Shown here: positions 1 through 14,463 of the stretch, piece after piece | Numbering within the stretch: the first letter of the stretch is position 1 | Layout of the letters: every line of letters starts with the position of its first letter | Notes under the pieces: model-generated | Databases searched by the model: none | The model's input: the letters and a program-made list of their open reading frames with translations, nothing else | What the model was told of the DNA's origin: nothing | Source of the DNA: Gonapodya sp. JEL0774 | Lineage: Eukaryota | Direction: 5' to 3' | Length of the DNA stretch: 64,000 bases | NCBI GenBank assembly: GCA_027604505.1 | Contig: JADIIX010000099.1 | Span: 1 to 64,000 of the forward strand | Program-made: the position numbers and the translations under genes

Positions 1-77
1 AGATTGTCCCGGTATCAGCTTGGTGGTGATGGTCTTTGCGCGTGCAGGCCGCCAAGGAGTTGCCCAAGGCGGGTTTT

Positions 78-222
78 CCTAACCCTAACCCTAAGGGGAC
101 AAACTCAGAAGTCATCCAATTTCAAAAATTCCTTCAGATTTGAGCTCTACTACTCCAATTGCATCTACCTATGCATGGGTGCAGGGATCAGACGACTTGT
201 GGTTCTGGCCCAACCCTAACCC
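78..222. repeat. Short telomere-like (CCCTAA)n motifs
   Basis: cctaaccctaaccctaa at 78-94 and a degenerate cccaaccctaacccaac near 210-222; too short to be a true telomere. Confidence 0.4.
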
Positions 223-699
223 AACATCCCTATGTACCCTCAGCCTCAGAGGAAATTGATGTGAAGTCTGCCAAGGCAAGAGAGTACAGGGCTAGGAAAA
301 ACATGAAGAATTAATTAGTAGTTGTATGAGTTTGTTAGTTTGTTCCAGATGATATCAAGAGTTTGAATTGCTTAGCTCAGTGTAATTTTAGTAGAAGTTG
401 AGTGCTGGTCTTGAAACTCACTAGCCCTGATCCTTGAGCATGAACCTATGCAATACTGTTTTTGAATGGTTCAAATGCAAAGTGTAAGGATGTTCAAATT
501 GTTTGCCTAGTACAAGGATACTGTCCACCTGCTGCCACTGAAATTTAACACCATTAAATGTTCTAAGAATGGTTCTATGACCTTTTTCCTATCTCATACT
601 ATGCTGAACATTTTGCTCAACCACTAATTGGTATTCTTTAAGATGTGAAATGGTTGGATGTACAGAATCAACATTAACCTGGTGGTTCCTCGCTCCACC

Positions 700-1820
700 T
701 TCTATTTGGTCACCAATGGCACTCAATGATCATCAAGCAGTTGCAAGCACCAATTTTAGCGCTTGTAATGTGTCAAAGGACAAAAGCATTGTTAATTTCA
801 GATATGAAATGTATGGAGTTACAAATTCAACATGCCAACAGATGGACAGGGTTCCCATCCTGATTGGTTTCAATTAGAGGATGTCACTTCACTACCAGCC
901 AAATTAAATTTACATTGATATGTATTGTGTCTGCTTTGGCAAGAAAACACTTATATTAATATGTGAAATGTATTGAGTTACAAATTCAAAGTGCAGAGTA
1001 ACAGACACATGTTCCAATCACAATTCGTCACATTATGATCTTAACCCTTGACTCTTAAGCAATCTAACATCAACAGTGACATGTTTTGTGTTTGTTTTGG
1101 TAAGAAAAAAGGAATTTTAATATGTAAAATGTATGGGGTTACAAATTCCAAGAGCACCTCAATCCAAACAGTGCCCATGTCAATTGATCATCATGGGAGC
1201 ATGTTCCTTCACTCCCAAGCAATCACATATCACCCTTGACATGTATTGTGTTGACTTTGAGAAGAAAATATAGATATCAAAATGTAAACTGTATGGAGTC
1301 ACAAATTCAACGGTTCGCCTAACACCGATCAGCACCCATCACCATTGGCCATCATGGGAGCGTGTACCTTCACTCCCAAGGCATCTCACATCAACATTGA
1401 CATGTATTTTGTTTGTTTTGAGAATAAAATGGAGATCTCCATATGTAAAATGTGTGGAGTTACAAATTCAAAGGTTCGCCCAACCCATATCACCACCCAT
1501 TGCCATTTGTCATCATGGGTGCATGTTAGATCTAAACCAAGCCGTCTCACATCAACTTTAACATGTATTCTGTTGGTTTTGAGAAGAAAATGGAGATCTC
1601 AATATGTGAAATGTGTGGAGTTACAAATTCAAAGGTTCGCCCAACCCATCTCAGCACCATCACCATTGGTCATCATTGGAGGGTCTTTCAACACTTCTAA
1701 CACTTCTAGCAACAACATTGATATGTAATGTGCTGGTTTTGTAACGAAAATTGGGACTGTTAAGTGTTTCAAGTACCGAGTTACAAATTCAAAGTTTTGG
1801 GCCGTATCCCCAGTTTGGGC
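700..1820. repeat. Diverged tandem array of ~160-bp units (~7 copies)
   Basis: Core t(t/c)acaaattc recurs at 819, 978, 1139, 1299, 1460, 1621 and 1781 (spacing 159-161 bp), with shared flanks such as acattgatatgtattgtg and atgtaaaatgtatggag. Confidence 0.9.
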
Positions 1821-1959
1821 CAAAAACCCCTCTTTTCACAGGGGTAACTGTACTTGCCCCCTCACAAAAAACATTCTACTACATATTGGGAGTAGGTTGG
1901 GAGTGTTTGAGGCAGTTTGGAGGGGGTCAATAAAGTGCATCACAGTCACGCACCCCTGG

Positions 1960-3650
1960 TAGGCCACACAGATTTGTGTTCCTCGCAACTGCAAGGAGGA
2001 AATCCTTCGGACGTACCATGAAGACCCATTGGCTGGTCATGTTGTCTCTGTCAAATTGTGGGACGCCATCCATCAGCGTTTTACATGGCCTGGTATATCT
2101 TGTGTCGTGCGCCGTTGGACTGCTGCATGCAAATTTATCAACGTCAGTCATAGCAATTGGGATGTAGTAATTGAACCCATCCTGTTCGCATATCGGACCA
2201 CTGTCCATCGAGCCTTAGGAGATGTACACACCCTTCTTACTCAACCATGTGAGAGATGCAAGGCTCCCAGCAGACCTGCTATTTCCCAGTGTCACCAAAC
2301 CCCTGAGAACGAGGCCTCAAGACGTGCCAACTGTCACTGCTGTCTTGGCCCATCCGTATGACCAACTACGCACACATATGCGCCAGCATAGGAAAATCCG
2401 TCAAGCCAGTTACAACCACACAGCATCTGTTCCTGCTTTAGACATCAACCAACTTGTCATGGTTTACTACGAGGAATCCCATCTAAAAGGGGAGAGTACT
2501 AAGCTCATCTCCCAATGGACCATACTGCATCACGGAGAAGGTCAGCGAGAACCTTTTCCGGCTAAGCCACATCAGCACCAAGCATGAGATGACTGCCCAT
2601 GTCAGTTGCATGCTAAGTTTCCAGCCATGAGTGACTCATTACGTCCCAGACCCGTCACGCATGAGCATTACACCTGCTCACTCAACTCACAAAATGCAAA
2701 CGCCAGTTGATGCTGTGGTAGCTCAGCAAGACATTGCTCAAGTTGACCTGGGTCCTGACTTCCAATTAACCTATGTGGTAGAAGCTGTCCTTGACAAGAA
2801 GGTGCAACCTGAAACCAAAGGGGCACTGGTCCAATACCTCATGAAGTTGCGTGGGTATGCTACACCTGAGTGGCACCTGAAGGCCTCCTGGCGGCCGATG
2901 ACCTTATCGATGTGTACAAACGCAAACACACCCGTTCAGAAGGGAAGATCCTTACGCGCCACGCTCGCCATAGAGGATTTGCACAGCGGTGTAAGCTGCT
3001 GCAAGAATACATTGACCAAGTGCACCGCGCACCACACCACCTGATGCCGACCCAACCACCCTACCAACGTACGAGTGGTACATGTGAACCCCCATTGCTC
3101 AAGTGGGACTCGCTTTTGAGAGCCCCAGGGAGTGCTGTGAGACAACAGCTAAAAGCAGGAGTTTAGCCAGAGTCACGTGACCCCACAAGCACAACAGCAG
3201 TCGTCCCGTTCACCCCCACGCATCACCCCTGGTCGCGGCACCTGTTCCTTGTATAGATGTGATATCTACTAGTATATAGATGCATATTGAGATTTTCCTA
3301 GTGATCTTAGTTGTGCTGGCGGCTCAGTGTTGTGGTATTGACACCTTGCACATGACCACAGCCCACATATGTATTTTAGGCACAACTAGCACCACATAAT
3401 AAGATCACACTTCACATCATCTCACACTCCAGGCCTATCACTAGGCCGCCATCCCGTCATAGAGGGCTGAGACTGATACGTAGTGACAGCCCCACTACAT
3501 CAGTAAACACATTGTACGGGGAGTTTAGACACATACATTGAGTCTCGGGACAGAAACCCAACGGTTCCGTCGACCGAAATGTTTGCCTCTGCATCCTCAT
3601 CGTGAGAAGGAATGGCACTGTTGCACACAAAGTCATGTCATGACACAACA
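1960..3650 (+). mobile_element. Degenerate Ty3/Gypsy (chromovirus-type) LTR retrotransposon 3' remnant
   Basis: Frameshifted integrase fragments (YHEDPLAGH-like His motif near 2010-2040; ILFAYRTTVHRALG) and a C-terminal chromodomain YVVEAVLDKK...VQYLMKLRGYATPEW (~2770-2875). A possible LTR spans ~3135-3650; its boundaries are uncertain. Confidence 0.75.
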
Positions 3651-4519
3651 CATTTTGTTGGAGTACCTGCATGCATGACTCCAACAGAAATTCTCCACTA
3701 ACAATCCTGATCGCTTGTATTGAGATTCATTTCTTCTGATTGATGATTTGAAGCGCGACAGTGCGAACTTCTCATTCAATCGCGAGAGTATTTTGAGAGA
3801 TACCTCTGACTAGGCGTGCAGTCTTCATGCCACTGTGAACTGGGGGATCAATCGGCTGTAATGTGAAAGAGTCATCCACACGGTTGGAGTCACGTTAGGC
3901 GCGGTAATTCATATCTTCTCTAGAAATCAGCTTGAAAAGTTACAAGAGAATGCTCTCCCGCGGGCCGTGGTAACTGTTACTTATTATTCACATAATATAG
4001 CGCGTGTGGCGGAAACGGGTACATACATGAATATTCGCTCCGCAGTCAGCGTGAGCTCGCACCTGCCAAATTATCGAAGCACGTAGTTTGCTTGGTTTGG
4101 CGCAAAGGCTTTGCGTCGTCTCAGCTCTGTTGGCCATCGGATGAATGGGCGGCCCTAGCCGCTCTAGAATCACTCTCCGAGACGCGATACCCGGTTCCGT
4201 TCGATACCCAGACCTCAAACAGGTCTTTTTTAGTTATAAACAAGAAGGCAAATCTCCATCGAGGACTGCGAGACTCAGTTTTGAGGCACGGGAGACATTG
4301 AGTCACTGTCCTGGAAGGTTTGAGCGAGAGGTATTACTTATGAATTCCGGTACAAGCTTTGGAACGAAGACGGAACAAGGCGAAACTGAAGGAATCTTGG
4401 CGGTGAGTGGTTGTCGGTGGGGGAGATTCTCAGTTCTGGTGCGCTTCGTTGTTTGAAGCAAATGATTCCCCCCACACACGCACCACGCTTGATGTCGAAA
4501 TTACCCTCATTATCCATCA

Positions 4520-7500
4520 ATGGGCAACTATTCCCGGTGTTGACGATTCGCTCACGATGTCCAGAACCCTCCTCCGCTTCCTGCAAGCTCGGTGGTGTTC
4601 GCCAACGATACCCCAACTTCATCGTCAGCTCCAGTGACATCAATTCAAGAAGTGGGGACGGTAAAAACATTTCGTGCGCCTACAGCGCCCCCGCTCCTGA
4701 GTCGCGATATTCCCCTCACCCCCATGGAGCTCGATGACTCAATCACAGTCGCACCTATTCCAGCAGCGGCGACTCAACACCTCGCCACGTCCGCCCTCCA
4801 CCACATATATGACGCATCACTTGCGCAGTCTAGCAATCCTGTACATGTCGCAAGTACACCATCAGCCCCTCCACCGACGCGGCCATTTCCCATTCCGGAC
4901 CTCACTGTCCAAGAACTCGAACATCACGATGAAGCCGCTGTTGCACCCACGCGCATCGTCATCCCGCCCCCCTCTTCACCCGCTTTGGAGACCAACAATC
5001 AATCCACAACCGACTCGCCGCCCAAATTAGCACCGTCGCCACCAATGCTGGTCACCCTTGACCCCGCTGCGAAACCGCCTCTCAATGCCCTTCATCCCCT
5101 TCCTATCGCCGGGGTCTCTACCGACGCAAACCCCCACCGTGTCCCAACTCGCACTCCTACGAATCTCTCTGCATCCAGTGACCGTATTTCCATCTCCTCC
5201 CGGTCCAGTCACGGGAGCCGCGCCAGTGGGGCAAATTCGAGCATCGTTGGGAAGATCACGCGGTTCTTTCGGCTGGGACATTCGAACTCCCGTTCCGCTT
5301 TTGCAACTTCGATGGATCACAAAGTCCGCAGGAATGCTTCCGATGAGCAACTCGCGAGCTCCGGTAGGAGCAAAGCCAGTTTTGCTGGAAAAGGCGCAGC
5401 TCGGACGGACAATGAAAAGAACGGTGCGCGCAATTACCACCAATCGCTTTCTTAGCAAAGGATCTCCTTCTCATCCGCATTTTTCTACCCTCAGCATTCC
5501 CTCCCACAAACACACCCACCGCACCTCCCCCTCGGCCACCGACCCCTACCCTCGTCCCCCTTCCCGCCACCGCACCAGGTCCACCTATACTCGTCAAATC
5601 TACCTCATTGTCAAAGGCACACGACCCCATGAACCGACGAGGATCCAACACATCCGTCGGAACCACCACATCCACGACCACAGCGACCGTTCCCTCTCCG
5701 CAGCCTCTGCCAACTTCCACCGCGCTCGGATCGGCCTCCACTGTAGCCTCTCGTGTATCGCCAACCACCTCTCCCAACACCGTGACCAGCACCCCAATGC
5801 CGCCTGGGCACCCCATTCCGACACCCATTCATCCCACCAATGTCCCGTCGTCTCTCTCCTTCATTCATACAGCGCAGCGTCCTGCAGACGCCTATGTCAG
5901 CTCGGAAGTCGTTTTTGGTCTGCCCATGCGACGGTTCAACACCGCGCCTGAGCACCGAACTCCGAGGGAGGACGATGGGGACGACGACGATGGCAGCGAG
6001 AGCAGTAGTGATACGGACAATGAGATTGAGAGTGAGAGTGAGAGTGATCAAAATGACGAGGGGAGGTCGGACATTGTCGAGTTGGGGGACAGCAGAAGGG
6101 AACCAGGTACCCCTCGGAACATGGATCCGCCATCTCGAACATCTTCTGCGACTGCCACCTCCAAGCATCACACCCACAAGCACACGCACAAACGTCACTC
6201 CCGCTCCCGTCGCTGGCTCGCCGCTCTCCTTCCGTTCTCCCCCACCAAGCCGTCTGGTGCATCCAAGAAACGCTCCCCCGTAAGCACATCCGCACTCAAT
6301 AACCGATCTCGCTCCGTGAGCCCGTCAGTCTACCAACCCCGACTTCTGCCACGCCCGCCGGGACACAATGTTAGTGTTCCAGCCTCGGGAGTTGTGAGGT
6401 TGAAAAACGGTGTCGTTGTGGCCGAGGAGGATGGTGAACGTGGTGAAGCGCCAGCCGGGGCCATGAGGGTGCTGGCGTGGTTTGGGATCGATGTTGGATC
6501 TGCAGTGACTGCTGGACCAGTTTCACCCTTCGGTGGTAATGACCCGGTGGGGGAAGCGAATGGGGCTGGTTACCCAGAAGAAGATTTGGACGCCGAGACT
6601 GATCCGGCCTCCACCAACTCCCGATCAGTCGCACCCAACATCCACGGCCATCGCGCTGCCTCGTCGGTTTCAGGTTCGAAGTCTCTAGGGGGAACTGTTG
6701 GAGTCGGCGTGGGAGGAAGGCGGTTCAGTGTAGATGAAGACGAGTTTGCCTTGCCCCCAGTGGTGCTTGAAGGACGAGGAGGAGATGTGGATGAGTGGGT
6801 TCTCACAGAGGATGTTGCACAGCAGGTAGGAGAGCAGCTTTGCATTACCTTCCTTAAATCATTCTAATGCCCCAACCTTAAACACCTCACAAATCTCGCT
6901 TCAGCTGCGCACACATCTTCCTCCTCAACTCCGGCTCCTCACTCACTGGTCCCTGGCTTTCTCACTCCCGCTCCATGGTTCATCCATGCGCACCATGTAT
7001 AACCAACTCGAGAATCGAGGATCTGTGGTGCTGGCAGTGAAGGACGAAAACGGGGCGGTGTTCGGAGCCTTTGTCGGGGTAGGTGATGGAGAAGAAGTGA
7101 AGGCGAGGGTCGCAGGAAAAGGATACTATGGCACTGGCGAAAGGTGGGCCCACTGTCTTGGCTATTTTGGTTGGATATGCACATCACTATGATGCCCTCC
7201 TGTTCCTGCGTTCTCTGGTGTGCAGTTTTCTGTGGAGAGTGCTGCCCCTTCCTCGACCACCTCAACAAGACTCCACCGTCGCATCTCACAACGACACTTT
7301 ACATCCCTCTACACTCAGTTCGTCTGCGCACCTTACCTCCGCCCCACACCTTGCAACGTCCGGTACCGACCTCCCGCAACCACACCCAGCAACTATCTCA
7401 CCTCGCCGCCTGTCTCTCCCAAACGTTGATCCCACCTTGAACTCATCCGCGGGCTCAAATGTGGTCGAAGGTGGTACTCCCGGACGGATCAGATTTGCAG

Positions 7501-8035
7501 AAGGAACTCGGACGCATAACGCACCGAGACATAGAGCTGCGAGTGCAGATCCGTCAAGGAGACGTGGCGGCTCTGCATCAGGCCGACGGAATAGTACCGG
7601 TGCAGCCTCCATTGGTCTCGCGTCCCTTGCCGCCACTTCGGCAAATTTGGTGGCGGGCCGGCCTTTGGTGCAAGTCCACCCTGCCACCAGCCTGAACGAA
7701 TACTACATAGCAACAACCTACGATGGGATACAGATTGGTGGTGGAGAGGGTGGCGTGGCAATGTACATTGGGGATGATCTGGAAAGCGGTCACTCTGATG
7801 GTCGTGAGTAAACATTGTGGCTTGAGCAATCCGTTATCTCACAAGATAATGCATTTTACTTCAATCAGGGAATGAAACCTACGATCTCGGTGACATCGCT
7901 CTCGGCGCTCTCCATGCGGAAGAAGATGCGCCACCAGAGTCAAGGAATTTCACCATCGTAGGAATGGAGTGGTGGTGGTTTGATCGAGACCCCGCAAGGG
8001 ATAGGAAGGTAGCGGTGGGTTTTTCCTTCGGCTGA
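4520..8035 (+). CDS. TLDc-domain (Oxr1-like) protein with long Pro/Ser-rich N-terminus, multi-exon
   Basis: ORFs 4592-5455 and 5608-6867 join through a GT-AG intron. TLDc motifs: WSLAFSLPLHGSSMRTMY, VVLAVKDENGAVFGAF, YYGTGE|SFLW, GIQIGGGEGGVAMYIGDDLESGHS, FTIVGMEWW. The start (MGNYS at 4520) is tentative. Confidence 0.8.
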
Positions 8036-8753
8036 ACTGCAACAGAATTCTCGCTGAAGAATTGGTGGTTTGGATATGTAATAGGCCGCGCTAGATGTTA
8101 TCCGTGCCACTCGCACCATGGCAGATGCTGCGGCAGAAAGGAAGACAACCGATTATGCGCAAGTGCCGTGGTAGTGAGTTGCGTAATGTTATTTGTCTAT
8201 GTCACTGTCACGGCGTTGCATTTGTAACTACCCGGGATTGTGAATTGTCAGAGACATTTGTATGAGGGCAAGGTCGATCGTAAACGGAGCATTTCTCGTT
8301 TGCATTGTGGCTTGTGCCGAGCTATGTAATGAAAGTGATCCATTCTGCCCGGTGACTATTCATTTTGTCAAAGAATGTTCACAGCGTAATAATCATTTAT
8401 GTAATCTGCTTCGAAATTAATATGACAGGAGCATCTGTCCACCAAGTGACAATGATCTCGACGGAGCAGAGTGAGTTCTCACGGCCCTCCACTATCTGTG
8501 GTTTTAATAATTCCGACCCCCTTGAGGACGATTCCGGGGGTGCGTAAAACGCACCTCAGGAGGATAGGCTCCTTGTGGGTAAGCTGCTACTGGAGGTGGA
8601 GGAACGTTGACTGAGCTCAATCTTGAGGTTCAAACATGAATCAGGTAAAGCACCAGGAATCATGGGACTTATAAATACTTCACGTTGTTTGACCTCAAGA
8701 ATATATCAAAATCATTTCTTTTCACAGTCGACACAATTTTTAGATGAGTATCT

Positions 8754-10230
8754 TCAACGTGTTGACACATGGACCACTTTTCCCATTTCCTTGCAACTCT
8801 GCTGCAAATCCTTCAAAAAAGCCATCAATCCATCACTGATTCGACGTGATGACACAGCAATTCGCGTCTGAGCCTGGTCTAGACCGCGCGTCCCAATGAA
8901 AAAGTAGATTCGCTTTGCAGGCAACATCTGAAGCAGTGTGATCCATGTTTCAAGTTCAGCTCCTCCATTTTGTGGATAGCGCGAGGCAAGGAGCAGATCC
9001 TTCAGCCGGAAATGCACCATTTCAAGTCCTGGAAACAATTTCCGCACGGCTCCCGCAAAAGCTAGCATGGTATCTTCCTTGGAGACTCTTGGGTTTGGCC
9101 CCCTTCGTCTTGTGGGCGCAACACGAGCAGCGATGCGAACGTGGAGCGTCCGGATTTCGGGATAAGGGACGACCAGGTTGGGTTGGTTGGGGGGAAGATT
9201 CAATGGTGGGTTGAGGAGAGTGTTCCAGCGAGGGTCGTGTATGTCCACTTCTCCACACTAACATGAGAAAAGAGGTTACTCGTCATGAGTTGGCTCAGAA
9301 AGAGCATTAAAACCTGGTAGTAAAATGGCTCACCTCATTGAGGTTGGCAAAAATGGGTAGAGGAACACGAAAGAGGTCAAGAAGCGTCCACGGCGGGAAG
9401 TCCGAGCCGTAAAACGATAAGAATGTTTTCATGGATGATCTGGGTTCTTCTGGAAATGCCGTAAGCATCTCCGTTGTGCCACGGAGCCCGGAAGGATCCA
9501 GATTGAGAGATTTTATGTTTGGGAACACGGCGAAGACGTCTGAGACGTACGACGCAGTGAGTTCAGGCCCTCGCGGAGAAATGGAAAGGGTTAGGACGGA
9601 CTCGATCGTCCGATGTGACGCCACGGTACCGTTGCTGCTGAGGATCGGGTCAGTCGATAGGTTAACGTGGGTTGGGTTTGACGCCGCGAGGAAACTTAGA
9701 ATTGATTCTGCAGACGGCACGACTGCACCATCTCCAACATTTCCGAGCTTCACTAGTCCTACGAGGGGGATTACATTGCGGGGAAATTCTGGGGGATCCG
9801 TCCACTCGTTAGTATTGCGCATCGCCACAGCTCCCGCAATCAGTCGGTCCACGTCCGGGATGAGGGGAGGCTGCAGAAAAACTTCAGACGCTGAAAGTAC
9901 GACGACCATCTTAGCAGCCGCGAGTCCCTTGATTGTCCTTGAACTTGAAGTTCCTCCTCCACAGACCACGGGCTTGAATTCCTCAAAGATCTCAGCCAGC
10001 TCCACCGAAGAGACCTCATTCCACGGCTGCACATTATGTCCACGAAATCCATTTGCGATACGGATCTCCACTTCCACTGGAACACTGTCCGCACCGGCTC
10101 TGAAGGCAGTACTGGTGATGTGCCACCACCGCCGGCATGCGAGGGAAGCACACTTAAAATAATCTCGAGGTGGAAGATACAAGAGGATCTTGAGAAGAAT
10201 TTCATCTGGAAAAATGTCGTTGATGCCCAT
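8754..10230 (-). CDS. F-box protein
   Basis: N-terminal F-box signature IFPDEILLKILLYLPPRDYFKCASLACRRWWHI; one intron near 9.27-9.33 kb joins ORF 8754-9248. Confidence 0.75.
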
Positions 10231-11070
10231 CCTTGGTGTTGTGGATGGCAGCGGTACCGGCTGTGGAAGTCCCGGTGCTCAGTGATGCGAACAGTACATA
10301 TGTAAGCCCGACGCACCACAACAGATATGTATTGGATTTATTGGTAAAATGGATCAGCGATGAGTCGAGATTTGGTTTGCGAGGCTTTGAAGAGTAATAT
10401 GTACCGGAGTGCAAAGGCGGTCTACGTTACGATGTCTCTATCACGACGGAGGCCGAAGCTATATATGTAGTGGTTCCAGGTGTCCCGACACTCGAAAATT
10501 TGAGGTCCCTGGTCCGGTTGAAGGGTTCCGGATGGAGAACGACTTCCCCATAGGCGGTCAGTTTTCCAATATCTGGAGCTCTTGCAATTTTGATTCGCGC
10601 GAATTGACGTAAAGAGTATCCGGTATTTTTTGCACTGGACAAGTTAGGAATGAGTGGTTTTCCAAACAATATGCTTGTCCACCTATGCGACGAAGCGTTT
10701 GTTTTCCCCACCTGACTCTCCTGTGAACTCCACCAAGGTATCCCGGATGTCGTGGTGGTATCATACTTTACGTAACTTTTTTTAGGACCAAGAATTTCAC
10801 ACACGATGCAAATTTGTGTATAGTTACGGGTATAGGTCATCGCAACACGACGCCAAAGTACAAGTACCACAGACAGTGCAATATGCAAAACAAGACGTGC
10901 CGGCGCCCAATTAAGTTACGGATGGTAGGAGTGTAAAAGAAAGGGGCGGAGAGCAAAGGTGGCGGGGCTGGGGGGGGAGCGGAGAACAAACGGGATCCAA
11001 TGTCCAAAGCGGTGGAGCGTTCCACCCACGAGGATAACGACGTCCCAAGATGTCTTTTCTTCGGCAATCC

Positions 11071-14000
11071 TCAGTCCAAGGACCCTGTGCTCACCCCTCG
11101 GACGACACCGGACAGTGTACTCCGATGTCTGGTATCGGGATGGGGAAGAGTTACCACCACCGACGTCGGGCTTTCCCCACCATATGCTCCAATGAGTTGT
11201 TCGCTCTCGTCCTCTTGATGTACAGGTGGGGATTCTGGGCGCGCTCGCGGACGGGTTCCTGCGCTCGGCCACGTTCGGGATCGGTTCCACAAGGCCCAGA
11301 CGGGAAAGGATATTCCGGCACAGGCGGCGGAGAGGTAGAAGACAGAGGACGCACCATATCGGGCGTACAAATCAGTGCCGAGGCTGGGCACGCGCGTAGA
11401 TTTTAGAATAACAGTGTTGTGCGCGTTATCACATGCGGCAGTGAAGGGTGTTTGAACGGATTAAGAAAGCGAGTGCGGAGGTTGCCAGCATGTAGTACAC
11501 CACGCAAAGATAAGAGGTGACAAAGTATTGTGGGTCAATATTCCCAACGTCGTCATCTCACAAAGCAACTCACTAACTCCCCACCACCGATGCTACACCG
11601 AATGACACGGCATTAAGGATTCCCACCATCGTGCCCTGAAATGTGGACGGCCAAAGTTGCAGGTTAGGTATTTTCAAAGTCCCCCTCACCCAATCTGCTC
11701 CAGTACTCCAGGCTTTGTGGGTATTCAAGTATCATATCCCCGCAGACGCACCTTAACGGACTCAGGCGTTTTCTCGCTCACATGCCCGAACAACGCGGAC
11801 CAAAACAGCGCAAAACTCCCCCCTTGTAGAACATCCCCAGCCAAAATCCACCTTGCGTCTGCCAACCACCCGCCCCCATTATTCACTGCTTCTGCCACAG
11901 CAATATAGACTCCTGCACGCGCGAGTTGAGCAACGACGCCAATTAAAATGGTCGCGGAGAAACCGATGCGAGAGATAACCCGGGAGGACAGGAAGAAGAG
12001 TGGGACCTCAAGAAGTACGGAGATGGGGGCGAGAAGACCAAGGAGGGTCTTTGAGGCGTTAAGGTCGGTCTGTGCGATGCCGAAGGGGAGTGGCGGGTAA
12101 AATTAAGATAACACGGTACGACGAACGGATTTTGGGATGATCGTTGTTGATGGAAGGAGCATGCAAATGACGGGTGTTGGAAATATGAATCGAAAACGAG
12201 AATATTGCAGTTGAGGAAATTGGCGAAGAAGCATACGTCGTGAAAAGAGAAATAAATATGGAGCAATGTACGACATGAAGGCCAACTTTAGTCTGAACTA
12301 TTATACTCACCGTCAGGAAAAAGTTCACCACAGTCTGCAGCAACACCCTCGACGTGAAGAAGGTGAAAGACATAACCAAACTCAGTGCCACCACCGGCGT
12401 TTTCAGAGTGTCGACTAACCCCTTCGTCGCATTCGCCTTCTTCGTCTCTTTCCCTTCCTCCTCTCCGCTTATCGTGCTCCCTTCCTCGTCCTCATCCTCG
12501 CCTGGCTTTGCACTTAGGAAATCCCAAGGTGCTGTTAAGCACACTCCAACGGTTGCAACGCCGAATATAGCATAGAGGGACCACATGCCGTCCAGAGATC
12601 CATGCCAAACCGTGTCGACCCACAATCCAGTGATGAAGGTAGAGCTGGCTTGACCAATTGTCGCGAAGACACGCTGTTCGCCGTAGCTAGTCGTCAGGAC
12701 GGGCGGGGTAGAGATTCGTCAGGTGAGGGAAAGAGGGCCGTTTCATACAAGACAAGAATCACCAAGCTCTACCATGGAAACAACCTAACGTCGAAGGGTT
12801 CTTCAACCTCGCCTACTGGGCCTCAACTACACCCCGCTAGGCACTAGGCAGAGAAATCTCGGGTTACCTCACGAGACCAGCCAGTTCCACTTTATTCTTC
12901 CGCGCCAATAGAGATTCCCTTCACGCTCAATCCCATGCTACCGCCAAACGATCTGCCAGCAGTCTGGCTCCTTTTCAAAACCTGCCATTATTCCTTGTCG
13001 TCACAACAACACCTGCCTACCACTGACACTCCAGCTTCACGTGCACACCCTGCAAAACCTCCACAAACACTCAACTCACAGATGCTGTCTGCCCTCTCCC
13101 AGATATCTCGCCACATAAGCGTCCATCAACGGTCCCATCCCACTAACCGTAAAGCTCACGCCTCCCAACAATGCCACCACGATCCAGTACCGCTCCGAAC
13201 TCCCCACGGGTGTCCGTTTCAATGCGTCCAAGCCAAAACATAAGTTCAGCAGCGTGGATCCGATGAGACAGAAGAAGAATATGGGGCGGAAATAGCCAGG
13301 ACGGTCTGAAAGGGTGGTCCATGCTGTTCCTGAGAGTGGGTTGAGTGGGGGGGCGGGAGCGTTCATATGAGAGATCAAAGAAACAAATCAGATCTACATT
13401 GAGGCGGGAACTTTCAAGAGCCCTGAGCAGCATGTGACGTGACGGCGCAGATCGAATGATTTGCGACGATAGAAACCGTGGAGAGTAGAATCGCGCTGCC
13501 AAACTCGCTTTGTTGCTCATCCAGACCAGCTATCATATCTGACAGTTTTTGCGGTTTGATGACGGATCTGACAGCTCTTGCGGTTTGATGACGTTGGGCC
13601 GTTCTATCGAGAAAATGAGCTCCACACACTAACACCCATCAAGCCAGTCTCCGGGATAACAATCATTCATCTTTTACGAAGTTGTAGCATTTTGGCCAGC
13701 CTTTCCGAGTTTCACGTCTCTTTGGTCGGAGCGTGTGATCCCATCGTATAAAGACATATGGTGAAGGAATCCAGAACCTGCGTTCCAACAACACCCAACC
13801 AATCGTTTTAAAATCCCCATCACGTTTTCTGATTGTTTTTCATCTTCCGGTTTCGATTCGTGGAGGGTAAACAACACAGTCCGCTGTTACGTCCTGGATC
13901 CTGTTTCGTCAGTCTCCTGCAATCTCTGACTCCCGCTGAAGGAGTGTTACATCCGTTTCTTTTCCCTTGATTAAAATTATGCTCTATCTGTAATGGAAAC

Positions 14001-14463
14001 AGCGTCTGAGTCCCTGCCTCCTCGGTGTCACTGTAGTCGGTTGTGCTCGATTACGCAGCCATCCCAGTCTGGGATCACATCCAGCGAGTTGCGCCATTCT
14101 AGTAGCCATCCGCAATACGCATTTGCTTCTCAGGGCATGGTCCTGCCATCGTCTTTCTGTTTTGGTGGGTCCCCCGGGTCCATCTCCTTGTCAACCAACC
14201 TCCTATGAAGGCGCATATGGGCGTGACAAGCATGGTGTCTTTTATCTGAATGAGAGTCAATTCCAGCACGTCCCTGAGATATAGCGGCAGCAACACGGGG
14301 ACTATAGCAGCAAAACCATCAAAATAATGGTGAGCAATCTCAACGCCAGTTCGCAGGGGCATCCAGGCTCACCAGACCCGCTCATGAGTGAGAATGTCAG
14401 ATACAATGCCTTTGGAATCCAAAGCGACGCTGTTGGCCCCGTGGGTGGCTTCGGTGTCGACAT
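11071..14463 (-). CDS. MFS transporter (MFS_1-like/MFSD6-like), multi-exon
   Basis: Hydrophobic exons with MFS-like motifs: IPKALY, LLPLYLRDVLEL, WTTLSDR, PLMDAYVARYLG, DVLQGGSFALFWSA, LYARYGASSVFY; one unusually long (~0.85 kb) intron. Confidence 0.7.

Noticed and set aside
700..1820. Regularly spaced conserved core resembling a CRISPR array
   Set aside because: The whole 160-bp unit is homologous between copies (no unique spacers), the context is eukaryotic and there are no cas genes
5027..6845. Long antisense and alternate-frame ORFs over the TLDc gene (and similar ones over F-box and E3)
   Set aside because: Expected shadows of GC-rich, low-complexity coding sequence
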